From: an uncultured Candidatus Obscuribacterales bacterium | GTDB taxonomy: Bacteria > Cyanobacteriota > Vampirovibrionia > Obscuribacterales > Obscuribacteraceae | NCBI GenBank assembly: GCA_964478655.1 | Contig: CAYZJR010000038.1 | Span: forward strand, 1-55,916 | DNA: 55,916 nt | Reading direction: 5' to 3' | In this document: one piece after another, positions 19,465 to 28,133 of the stretch | Numbering within the stretch: the stretch's first letter is position 1 | How the letters are laid out: every line of letters begins with the position of its first letter | Program-made: the position numbers and the translations under genes | Notes under the pieces: model-generated | What the model was told of the DNA's origin: nothing | The model's database searches: none | What the model saw: the letters and a program-made list of their open reading frames with translations, nothing else

Positions 19465-21606
19465 ATGTTCGATCAACTCGTAGGTCAGCTCTGGTGGCTG
19501 ATCCCCGCCATTCTCGGTGGCGGCACCTTCCTGTTCCTTCTCTTCACGAAGTGGCTCGTCAACGTCGGCGGTACCGAAATCGCCATCACCGAGCGTCGCT
19601 TCGTCGGTAAGGAACTCGATCCCAGCCGTGCTTTCGCCGTAGAAGGTGAAGTCGGCGTCCAGGCGCGCTATCTGGCCCCCGGCCTGAAGCCCGTCGCCTG
19701 GCCCATCGTGCGTGTCATCGCGCGTGAGCAGTTCACCGTCATCGATGCCAACGAACTCGGCATCATCGAAGCCACCGACGGCGCGTCACTGCCGTCCGGT
19801 CGTATCTTCGCGGAAGACGCCGCCGGCGAGCACCACGACAACTTCCAGGAGCCGCTTGCGTTCCTGAAGAATGGTGGTATCCGCGGTACGCAGCTGCGCT
19901 TCCTCACCAACGGTCAGTTCAAGATCCACCCGCGGCTGTTCAAGCTGACGAAGATCCAGAAGACCGTCGTGCCCGAGGGCATGATCGGTATCGTGTCCGC
20001 CGCTGACGGCGCCCCGCTCGATCCCGGCCAGCTGGTCGGTCGCTCGGTCCAGGGTCACGACAACTTCCAGAAGGCGGAAGTTTTCCTCCGCAACGGCGGT
20101 CAGAAGGGTCCGCAGGTCGACTTCCTGCGTCCCGGTACCTACAACATCCACACCGGCATGTTCAAGGTCGAGTTCCAGAAGGCTGTGAAGATCGGCGACG
20201 GTCAGATCGGCGTGGTCGAAGCGCTCGGTGGCGAGGCAATGCCCGTTGGCGACGTCGTTGCCGACAGCCCGAACGGCCACAACAACTTCCAGAACGGCGA
20301 AAAGTTCCTCAGCGACGGCGGCAAGCGTGGTCCGCAGACGGCGATTCTCGCCCCCGGTACTTACTACATCAACCCCTTCCTGTTCACGGTCCAGACGCGG
20401 ACTCAGACCGTCGTGAAGCAGGGTGAAGTGGCTGTGCTCATCGCCAACCACGGCAAGGACCCCGCCAGCGAGCCCCAGGCGCCAGTGAACCCCGGCCCGG
20501 TCGAAGGTCAGGCGCAAGATCCGGAAGAGACCCGTCTCAACCAGGAGAACCGTCAGCGTCACGTGGTGCCCGCCGGCTATCGCGGCATCCAGAAGGATGT
20601 CCTCGGCCCCGGTCGCTACAACATCAACCCGCTCGTCTACCAGGTCGTGATCGTTCCGACGACCACGCGCTCGGTGGAATGGGCTGGTGCCGCAGGCAAG
20701 GGTAACGCCGGCAACTTCGATCCGTTCGAGGTCGTCTCCAACGACGGCTTCCCGATGAAGGTCGAAGTGCGCTGCCAGTACCGCGTGCTGCCCGAGAATG
20801 CCCCGTACGTCATCGCCAAGCTCGGCTCCATCGAGGAGCTGGAGAAGAACGTCATCGACCCGCAGATCGACGGTATCTTCCGCGCCGAGGTGTCCAAGTC
20901 GCCCGCCATCGCCTATCAGCAGAAGCGTGCTGAAGAGCAGAAGAAGGCGGAAGACGAAGTGCGCGGCGACCTGGCGAAGTACAAGGTGGAAGTGGTCTCG
21001 GTCATGATCACCAACATCCACCTGCCGGAACAGCTGATGAAGACCACTCAGCAGAAGAACCTCGCTGAGCAGGAGAAGTCGATGTACGACGCGAAGCGTG
21101 ACGCCGAACAGCAGCGCATCGCGTACGAGCAGACTCGCGCCCAGGCGGAGAACCAGGGCAAGATCATCGAGGCCAAGACGGGCATCGAGATCGCCGAGCA
21201 CAAGGCTGCCCAGAAGGTCAAGGAAGCGGAGGGCGAGGCCCAGCGCATCCTGAAGGTCGCCGAAGCGGAAGCGAAGCGTACCGAGCAGATCGGTAACGCC
21301 GAAGCGGCGGTCATCGAGAGCAAGGGTAAGGCGCAAGCCGAAGCCTATCGCCTCGGTGGTCAGGCGCTGACCCCGGGTGGTCTGACGTCGGTCGAGGTGG
21401 TCAAGGCGATCGCTGCGGCTGGTCTGAAGATCGTTCCCGACGTGATGGTCACCGGCGGCGGTGACGGCGACGGCGGCGCCAACGGCGGCCTCGTCAACCT
21501 GCTGCTCGCCAACGCCGTGAAGAACGGTCTCGGTGGGTCCGCGACGGCCGCGGCTCCGGCCGAGGCGCCTGTTGCGCCGGCTGCCGAAGGCGGCGAGAAG
21601 TCCTAA
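19465..21606 (+). CDS. flotillin-like SPFH/band-7 protein with N-terminal TM and four internal repeats of about 75 aa
   Basis: Repeated HDNFQx...FL(K/R)NGGxRGxQ...PGTYxINP modules; C-terminal coiled-coil AEAEAKR...AEAY typical of flotillin/YqiK; start at MFDQLV with aggag RBS. Confidence 0.75.
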   Translation: MFDQLVGQLWWLIPAILGGGTFLFLLFTKWLVNVGGTEIAITERRFVGKELDPSRAFAVEGEVGVQARYLAPGLKPVAWPIVRVIAREQFTVIDANELGIIEATDGASLPSGRIFAEDAAGEHHDNFQEPLAFLKNGGIRGTQLRFLTNGQFKIHPRLFKLTKIQKTVVPEGMIGIVSAADGAPLDPGQLVGRSVQGHDNFQKAEVFLRNGGQKGPQVDFLRPGTYNIHTGMFKVEFQKAVKIGDGQIGVVEALGGEAMPVGDVVADSPNGHNNFQNGEKFLSDGGKRGPQTAILAPGTYYINPFLFTVQTRTQTVVKQGEVAVLIANHGKDPASEPQAPVNPGPVEGQAQDPEETRLNQENRQRHVVPAGYRGIQKDVLGPGRYNINPLVYQVVIVPTTTRSVEWAGAAGKGNAGNFDPFEVVSNDGFPMKVEVRCQYRVLPENAPYVIAKLGSIEELEKNVIDPQIDGIFRAEVSKSPAIAYQQKRAEEQKKAEDEVRGDLAKYKVEVVSVMITNIHLPEQLMKTTQQKNLAEQEKSMYDAKRDAEQQRIAYEQTRAQAENQGKIIEAKTGIEIAEHKAAQKVKEAEGEAQRILKVAEAEAKRTEQIGNAEAAVIESKGKAQAEAYRLGGQALTPGGLTSVEVVKAIAAAGLKIVPDVMVTGGGDGDGGANGGLVNLLLANAVKNGLGGSATAAAPAEAPVAPAAEGGEKS

Positions 21607-21860
21607 GCAACTGAAGGGCAACAACTATGCTGAGGTTGACTAACGAAAGTTAGTAGTCCGGTATAGCCTTCTGTTGCAAGTCGGTGGGGGCAACGCTTGC
21701 AAGAAAGTGGAAGAGATTTCACTTATGTGAGCGTTGCTCGTCTCCCGACGGAAGAGCGAGGAGCGGCAGGCAGTATCAGGCGAAAGCTTGTGCTGCTTGC
21801 CGTTTCCTCGTCTCTTTTACATTTCAAACGTTCATCGAAGTTTAACCAGGAGAATTTACC

Positions 21861-23030
21861 ATGAGTGGATTTGTTCTCGCGGTGGTGATCCTCGTGCTTG
21901 CGCTCGGGGGCGTCACCTGGTTTCTTATTTCCCGCAATAGCAGTAAGAGTTTGAGCAATAGCACCAAGGGGCAAGCGTCTCCGGCACGAGCTGTCACTGC
22001 CACCGAATCCGGTGCGGCGGTAAGCAACGAAGCCGCTGCCGAAAGCGACGGTGCTACGGCTGCGGAAGACCCGGAAGACGGCTATGCCGATGAGGAAGAC
22101 GACGATCTTCCATGGCGTCAGAAAGTCGCTCGCGCCGACGAAAAGAAGGATGCGGGTGACTACGACGTCGCCATCGACATGTACGAAGAGGCGCTCGAAA
22201 AGGCTCGTGAAGAGCTAGGGCGTGACTCAGTGGAAGTGGCTGAAATCCTCTTGAAGCAAGGCGCTGCCTACCAGGCTCGCGACGACGATGAGGATGACGA
22301 GGAAACGGTCCCCGCGTGTTATCCGCGGGCGCTGTCAATTCTCGAACAGCGCTTTGGCGTTTTCGACAGCCGGCTTTTGCCTGCGCTCAACCATCTGGCT
22401 TCGTTCTTCGACCAGACCGGACGTCATCACGACGCCGAGACTTTGACGCGCCGCGTTGAAGATATCATGTCTCGCACTCGCCGTAACCGTCAAATGGCTT
22501 GCGCCGCCCCCGAGGTCGATGGAGCGAATGACACTGGTGAGGTGACACAACCCACCGTAACTGTTCCTCCCATCAATATGCAAGTCGCGCAGCCGCTTGT
22601 AAACACGGCGGTTGCTGTGGCGACGGAGGGCACCACTGACGGTGCGCCCCGTTCGGAAGACGCCGATGCGCACATGCTGCGCTTCGAGTACGACGACGCG
22701 ATCGAAGCCTACGAGTCGACTCTCGAGCAGGCTCGTGAGTCTCATGGTCGCGATTCGCTTGTGCTGGTGCCCATTCTCATGGGACTCGGCAAGGCGTACC
22801 AAGACCGCGACGATGACGAAGATTCCGACTGCCGGGACAACTACCCCGACAACTTCTACTTGCGTGCGCTCGCAATCGTCGAGCAGAAGCGCGGTGCGTT
22901 CGCCGGGCAGCTGATTCCGATCATGGTTCGCCTGGTTTCGTACTACGACGAGATCGGCGAGCATAACAAGGCTGAGTCGATGATTCGCCGCATCGATAGT
23001 ATCGAGCGGTTCATCGCTGCCCAAGAGTAA
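21861..23030 (+). CDS. N-terminally membrane-anchored acidic protein with two TPR_12-like modules
   Basis: TM helix; duplicated DMYEEALEKAREELGRDS...AYQARDDDEDDEE...ALSILEQRFG...LASFFDQTGRHHDAE module. Confidence 0.55.
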   Translation: MSGFVLAVVILVLALGGVTWFLISRNSSKSLSNSTKGQASPARAVTATESGAAVSNEAAAESDGATAAEDPEDGYADEEDDDLPWRQKVARADEKKDAGDYDVAIDMYEEALEKAREELGRDSVEVAEILLKQGAAYQARDDDEDDEETVPACYPRALSILEQRFGVFDSRLLPALNHLASFFDQTGRHHDAETLTRRVEDIMSRTRRNRQMACAAPEVDGANDTGEVTQPTVTVPPINMQVAQPLVNTAVAVATEGTTDGAPRSEDADAHMLRFEYDDAIEAYESTLEQARESHGRDSLVLVPILMGLGKAYQDRDDDEDSDCRDNYPDNFYLRALAIVEQKRGAFAGQLIPIMVRLVSYYDEIGEHNKAESMIRRIDSIERFIAAQE

Positions 23031-23043
23031 AGGAATTCGACGC

Positions 23044-23451
23044 ATGATACGGAAACTTGCAGTGCATGCAATCCGCGCCGCCTTCATAGGGCTGGCGCTG
23101 GCGTTTGTTGCGCCGTTGCTTCCAGGCATCGCGTTCAACGGTTCGATCGTAGCTGCGTTCGGGCTGGGAGCAGGCTTGCTCCTGGTCTTCGGCGCAGCGC
23201 GGTGGGCCGTGAAAGCGCATTGGGGTGTGGGCGACGGAGCGTGCCCGACACCGAAACTGGCGCGCATTCTTGTCGCCCTGTACCTGGTTCTCAGCGTGCT
23301 GTACGTCGGCGGCGTCGGACTGCTTCTACCTTCGGTCTTTGCCGTCGGTGGGGTGCTTTCGGCTCTGGCCGGCGGTTTCATCGCCCTTGTCGGTGCGGTG
23401 CTTTCAAACTTCGTCACTCGCTTCGTGGACGCCGAAAGCCAGATGAGCTAA
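23044..23451 (+). CDS. small integral membrane protein
   Basis: 135 aa, 3-4 TM, Gly-rich. Confidence 0.4.
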   Translation: MIRKLAVHAIRAAFIGLALAFVAPLLPGIAFNGSIVAAFGLGAGLLLVFGAARWAVKAHWGVGDGACPTPKLARILVALYLVLSVLYVGGVGLLLPSVFAVGGVLSALAGGFIALVGAVLSNFVTRFVDAESQMS

Positions 23452-23498
23452 GGTCTTCGGCAGCGAACGAGTGAGTAAACAACGCAAAGGGGTATTCC

Positions 23499-24092
23499 AT
23501 GATGAAAGTCATTCGAATCGCAATCGGTCTCGGTAATCCCGAGCCGAGGTTTCAGAAGACGTTGCACAACGCGGGCTACGACACGCTCGACGCTTTCGCG
23601 GGGGACAACGGACTGAGTTTTGTGGAGCATCCTGAATGGAACGCGCTTGTGGCACGAGGAACAGTCAACGACGTTGACGTGGTCCTCGTGAAACCGCTTA
23701 CCGGAATGAACGAATCCGGTGCGACCGCCGCCAAAGTCTTCGAACACTTCGAAGCAGAGCGCGACACGCTCCCACAGTACTTGCTCGTGTACGATGACCT
23801 TGCCATGCCGTTTGGCAAGTTGCGCTTTCGCGACAGCGGAAGTGCCGCCGGTCATCGCGGGGTGCAATCCGTCATCGACGTCTGGCCAGCCACACGTCTT
23901 CTTCCGCGCCTGAAAGTCGGTATCGGACCCGATCCCGGCGGAGCGCGACGGTTCAACTACGTCACCGGCCCGCTCGGTGACGACTTGTACTCGCTCTTTC
24001 GAACCTCGATTGTCTTGGCTAAAGAAGCCTTCGATGTCTGGGTTCGAAGCGGTATGAGCGAGGCGATGAACCGCTTCAATGGCATGAAATAA
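23499..24092 (+). CDS. pth: peptidyl-tRNA hydrolase
   Basis: IGLGNPEPRFQKTLHNAGY, KPLTGMNESG, DDLAMPFGKLRFRDSGSAAGHRGVQSV, LKVGIGP are canonical Pth blocks. Confidence 0.85.
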   Translation: MMKVIRIAIGLGNPEPRFQKTLHNAGYDTLDAFAGDNGLSFVEHPEWNALVARGTVNDVDVVLVKPLTGMNESGATAAKVFEHFEAERDTLPQYLLVYDDLAMPFGKLRFRDSGSAAGHRGVQSVIDVWPATRLLPRLKVGIGPDPGGARRFNYVTGPLGDDLYSLFRTSIVLAKEAFDVWVRSGMSEAMNRFNGMK

Positions 24093-24124
24093 CAGAGCCT
24101 TGGAGTCATAGCCTCGGGCAGAGG

Positions 24125-24177
24125 TGGCACTTCGCTGTGTGAAAACGCAGCGAGGGTGCCATCTTCTGCTTTTTTGT
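24125..24177 (+). terminator. rho-independent terminator after pth
   Basis: ggcacttcgctg...cagcgagggtgcc hairpin + cttctgcttttttgtcc. Confidence 0.5.
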
Positions 24178-24217
24178 CCGTATATACGATAAGGAGTAAT
24201 AGACAGTCGGAAAGCAA

Positions 24218-24274
24218 ATGGATTCCAGCGCCGACGGCGCTCCCGCCCTTACCATGGCGTCTGGTTGGTGGTAA
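24218..24274 (+). pseudogene. decayed 3' remnant of a third copy of the TadE-leader/GWW family
   Basis: Encodes ...ALTMASGWW*, matching the NMPEGWW* and NMPSGWW* C-termini of the two downstream paralogs, including the ggttggtggtaattc nucleotide tail. Confidence 0.4.
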
Positions 24275-24393
24275 TTCCGTGCGAACCTACCTCGAATGGG
24301 GGAGATCGTCTGCTTTGCTAGACAATCTTCGGACCCTCTTGATAAGATGAGATTGGACTAATGTTGCGTCGCTGCTGCGCAAAGGTGGGTTAC

Positions 24394-25458
24394 ATGACTC
24401 GTCGTCGTCGTAATTTCGGTTTTCAGATGTCGGAGTTTCCCGTCGTCTTATTCATTCTTTTTATCATGCTGTTTCCGTTAATCAATCTGCTTTGCTTAGC
24501 GTGCGGTGCATGCAGTGTTTGGCTAATCTCCTTCCAAACTGCATCTACTGCTGTCGAACAGAAGAGCTTTTCGGACTCTCTGACTGCAGCGGCAAATACC
24601 GCGACTGCAATCACAAATTCGGGACTCTCAAAATGGGTGAAACTCACGCCAGTGGGTGGTTACCAAGGAAAAGGAGTCAACTTGTTTGTTGAAAAGCTTA
24701 GCTTCAGGACCGGCAGTGGGCAATATTGGTTGTACGGTCCAAACGCCAGTGCTCCGCCGCCTGCCCAGTCGGCCGATTATATCTACAGTATCAAGTCTGA
24801 AGCTACATTCACTGTTGGTCCTTTCCTTTCAATGGCTTCTTGGCCATTTATCGGTGATGTTCCTGGGCTCGGTGTTCCTGCTTCGTTTACGATCACCACA
24901 GGAAAGGCAGTCGAGCAGCCAGATCACATCGTTGATGCCAACAACACTTTGCTGGCTTCAACCGGAACTGGAAGCAACGTGTCGGCGCAGCCTGGAGGCT
25001 GGAAATCGCCCAACGGAACAGGCGAGATGTGGACTCAAAACGGATCTCCGATTCTCTCATACACAGTCTGGGTGCCCGATTCTCCCGGTTCAACAAACGG
25101 CTACATGTTCAAAATCGATACCCAAGCCAACACTCAGTACTCCGGGCAATCGTGGCTAACCGGGCGTTACGTCAATAACTATCAGCCTTCCGATGGTGGC
25201 TACATCCTGACCGGCAATGAATTTACCTTTAACGGACAAAACGGATCGAACCAAACCATGGGCATCAATCCTGGGCAAAACGTGGATTTGCAGGGAATTC
25301 AGGAGTACTGCGAAGGCGCTACGGGGTCACTTTTGCAGCTCAGAAACAACATCACCAACGACACCACCATGTCTGCTTCCGCTAAAGCAGCAGCGATGGA
25401 TGCGGTCGCCCAGTATGAAACTTGGTTGCGAGCCAACATGCCAGAAGGTTGGTGGTAA
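24394..25458 (+). CDS. secreted Asn/Gly/Thr-rich protein with TadE-like class III (prepilin-type) leader; paralog 1
   Basis: MTRRRRNFG|FQMSEFPVVLFILFIMLFPLINL: short basic leader, Gly, Glu at +5, then hydrophobic helix (TadE/Flp-pseudopilin-like); ends MPEGWW. Confidence 0.6.
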   Translation: MTRRRRNFGFQMSEFPVVLFILFIMLFPLINLLCLACGACSVWLISFQTASTAVEQKSFSDSLTAAANTATAITNSGLSKWVKLTPVGGYQGKGVNLFVEKLSFRTGSGQYWLYGPNASAPPPAQSADYIYSIKSEATFTVGPFLSMASWPFIGDVPGLGVPASFTITTGKAVEQPDHIVDANNTLLASTGTGSNVSAQPGGWKSPNGTGEMWTQNGSPILSYTVWVPDSPGSTNGYMFKIDTQANTQYSGQSWLTGRYVNNYQPSDGGYILTGNEFTFNGQNGSNQTMGINPGQNVDLQGIQEYCEGATGSLLQLRNNITNDTTMSASAKAAAMDAVAQYETWLRANMPEGWW

Positions 25459-25667
25459 TTCGGATCTGACGACACGGATCGCATGACACCAGACATGATC
25501 GCATGACATGTCAATGCGTCCGCACTGTCGACGAAAGCCCGATCAACGGCTACTTTTCGCCTCCTCCCCCAGATGGGGGAGATCTGTCACATGCCCTTGG
25601 CAGGGTGAACAGTGATTGATAGGATGAAAGAGGGTTAATGTTGTGGCTTTCGTAGTTTTTTCGCAGG

Positions 25668-26768
25668 GTGGGTCGGGTCATGTCACGTAAACGGACCAGA
25701 AGAGGCTTTCAACTGTCTGAATTTCCAGTTGTCCTCTTTATCTTCTTTATCATGTTTTTTCCGCTGATCAATTTGCTTTGTTTGGGATGTGGAGCTTGCA
25801 GCGTGTGGCTGATTTCCTTCCAGACAGCAGCAACGGCAGTCGAGCAGCAAAGTTTTGCCGAGTCGCTCAATGCTGCAGCGAATCAGGCAAAAGCAATTAC
25901 ACAAACCGGCATTTCTAAATGGGTGAAACTCCAGCCGGTGGGAGGCTATCAAAACTCAGGCGTAAACCTGTTTGTTGAGAAGCTCAGTTTCAGAACCGGC
26001 AGCGGCCAGTATTGGCTCTACGGACCCAACGCGTCGGCACCTCCGCCAGCGCAAGCTGCAGACTACATCTACAGTGTTAGATCTGAAGCAAATTTCACAG
26101 TTGGCCCTTTCCTTTCGATGGCATCGTGGCCGTGGATCGGTGATATTCCTGGTCTCGGACAGCCAGCGGCAATCACCATCACTACTGGTAAAGCGGTGGA
26201 GCAACCCGATCACATAGTTGATGCCAACAACACGATGTTGGCCTCAAGTGGCTCAGGCTCTAACGTTTCAGCGCAGCCGGGTGGCTGGAAAGCTCCAAAC
26301 GGAACAGGAGAAATGTGGACCCAGGACGGCATGCCGATTCTATCGTACACTGTGTGGGTTCCAGACTTCCCAGGTTCGAGCACTGGTTACCTGTTCAAAA
26401 TCGACACACAGCAAAACAATTGGAGCGGAAGTAACCCGAACGTCAATTGGTCCGCGTCGTCGTGGATCACTGGGCGGTACGTGAGCAACTACCAAGACTC
26501 TCAAACTGGCTTTATCCTCACTGGCAACCAGTTTTCGTTCAACGATACAAATGGCGGAACGCAAACGATTGCCGTCAACCCTGGACAGAACGTTGATGTA
26601 CAGGGGATTCAAGAATATTGCGAAGGAGCCACTGCATCTCTTAATCAGCTGATTACCGCAGTCAATGACAATCCATCAATGTCTCCGGCAGCTAAAGCCG
26701 CAGCTCTCAACTCAATCGCTCAATACCAGTCATGGTTGCAAAACAACATGCCATCTGGCTGGTGGTAA
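25668..26768 (+). CDS. secreted Asn/Gly/Thr-rich protein with TadE-like class III leader; paralog 2
   Basis: About 60% identical to paralog 1 along the full length; MSRKRTRRG|FQLSEFPVVLFIFFIMFFPLINL; ends MPSGWW. Confidence 0.6.
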   Translation: MGRVMSRKRTRRGFQLSEFPVVLFIFFIMFFPLINLLCLGCGACSVWLISFQTAATAVEQQSFAESLNAAANQAKAITQTGISKWVKLQPVGGYQNSGVNLFVEKLSFRTGSGQYWLYGPNASAPPPAQAADYIYSVRSEANFTVGPFLSMASWPWIGDIPGLGQPAAITITTGKAVEQPDHIVDANNTMLASSGSGSNVSAQPGGWKAPNGTGEMWTQDGMPILSYTVWVPDFPGSSTGYLFKIDTQQNNWSGSNPNVNWSASSWITGRYVSNYQDSQTGFILTGNQFSFNDTNGGTQTIAVNPGQNVDVQGIQEYCEGATASLNQLITAVNDNPSMSPAAKAAALNSIAQYQSWLQNNMPSGWW

Positions 26769-26797
26769 GCGATTCCGTCTAAAACGGTTCTCAACAC

Positions 26798-26835
26798 AAG
26801 GCTTGCTTCGGCAAGCCTTTGTTGCTTTTGTCTTG
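26798..26835 (+). terminator. rho-independent terminator after paralog 2
   Basis: aaggcttgc-ttcg-gcaagcctt + tgttgcttttgtcttg. Confidence 0.6.
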
Positions 26836-26880
26836 AATATGCTATGCAGCATAGTAAGCTCTTTGGAAAGACAAGAATGA

Positions 26881-26930
26881 GAAAGCGGGCGAAACCATCA
26901 GGCTTTTGACCTAACGGAATCGCCCGCTCC
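26881..26930. repeat. conserved 50-nt hairpin element, copy A (AGCGGGCGA ... TCGCCCGCT stem, 29-nt loop)
   Basis: gaaagcgggcgaaaccatcaggcttttgacctaacggaatcgcccgctcc; lies at the 3' end of a minus-strand gene. Confidence 0.6.
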
Positions 26931-26989
26931 TCAAAATTGGAGTGACATCACTGGCGATGGCACCCCGCGCTGGTCTGACGCGAAAGGTG

Positions 26990-27745
26990 CTACTTCAAGA
27001 TGAAGAAGAGCACTTTCTCTGCTGCGTCCTTGAGCTCGACCTTCTTGCAGTCGCTCACTTTCACCTTGGATTGATCCTGCGCCAAAACGCTGTCCGCGCC
27101 AGTGATGTGAGCCTTCGACTTGCCTCGAGCGACCACGGTCTTGCAGCCGGTGCACTCGACATAGCTGTTGTCGTTGGACGTTACCGACTCGACGTTCTTG
27201 GCTGTGACCTTGGCGAAGGTGTTGGCAGCAACGGACTTGGAGTCGTTTACCACGACCTCTGAGTCGCCAAACACTTCTACTGTTTCGCAACCATTGGCGG
27301 TGACGTTGGCCTTCAGATTGACCAGGAGCCGCTTGCAGTTTTCGACACGGTAGTAGCCCATGACCGCGGCGCCAATCTTGACTGTGCCCTCGTTCGAGAC
27401 CGACACAGCAAAGAGCGACTGGCGGCTCGGGGGCTCGATCGTGGTCTTGTCGTTGACCCTGATCGCGATCTTGCCGTCCTTCGACTGTACGTTGACTTCG
27501 CCGACGAACTGGAAAATGCGAGAGCCGTCGAGTTCGATGGTCTGGTTACGCACGCGGCGCACCTTATCGGTGGTCTCGTAGACGTCGGCTTCTTTGACAT
27601 TGAGAACAACTTTGCCGGTGCCGCTGATCTCGAGCTTCACAGCGTTGGCCGGCACAACCAGAGGTTGGGTCAGCCACGAGATGATTCCGATGACAGCAGC
27701 CAGGGCAATGCCCAGAATGACGATTGTTCGCCAGTTGGTATTCAT
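26990..27745 (-). CDS. membrane-anchored beta-rich protein (DUF2807 / adhesin-head-like repeats)
   Basis: N-terminal TM (MNTNWRTIVILGIALAAVIGII), then repetitive V-x-N/V-x-V beta-strand pattern; aaagga RBS. Confidence 0.5.
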   Translation of the reverse strand: MNTNWRTIVILGIALAAVIGIISWLTQPLVVPANAVKLEISGTGKVVLNVKEADVYETTDKVRRVRNQTIELDGSRIFQFVGEVNVQSKDGKIAIRVNDKTTIEPPSRQSLFAVSVSNEGTVKIGAAVMGYYRVENCKRLLVNLKANVTANGCETVEVFGDSEVVVNDSKSVAANTFAKVTAKNVESVTSNDNSYVECTGCKTVVARGKSKAHITGADSVLAQDQSKVKVSDCKKVELKDAAEKVLFFILK

Positions 27746-27782
27746 GTGTGATCCTTTGTGGAACAAGTGACTTGCCACCAGG

Positions 27783-28070
27783 CTAGGTGGCGATCAGATA
27801 CGTACCGTTCTCGATCAGCCCATCGGCTGCGAGTTGATTGAGGAGCGCGCCTGCGAGCCAACTTCCCGAACCGTCCGCCTTGAAGCGTTCGATTTTGGAG
27901 CGTTCGTACTCTCCGACTTTTCCGTCGATGACGAACTTTTTGACTCCGTCGCGGTTGAGTTCTTGATCTGCTGAGATCGAGAACTCATGCCCGAAATGCT
28001 CTTGAATGAGGGCGTCCACATCGTATTGGTCGACCTCGATTACTTCGTACTTCTTCGTGCTGAGTGCCAT
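27783..28070 (-). CDS. small hypothetical protein (95 aa)
   Basis: Intact ORF directly upstream of the DUF2807-like gene (4-bp gap), probably co-transcribed. Confidence 0.45.
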   Translation of the reverse strand: MALSTKKYEVIEVDQYDVDALIQEHFGHEFSISADQELNRDGVKKFVIDGKVGEYERSKIERFKADGSGSWLAGALLNQLAADGLIENGTYLIAT

Positions 28071-28133
28071 TTCTTCTTCAGAACATGCCGGGTGAGTGTT
28101 ACCTCACCCGGCATGAGGGTTGGTCGAAGAGAG

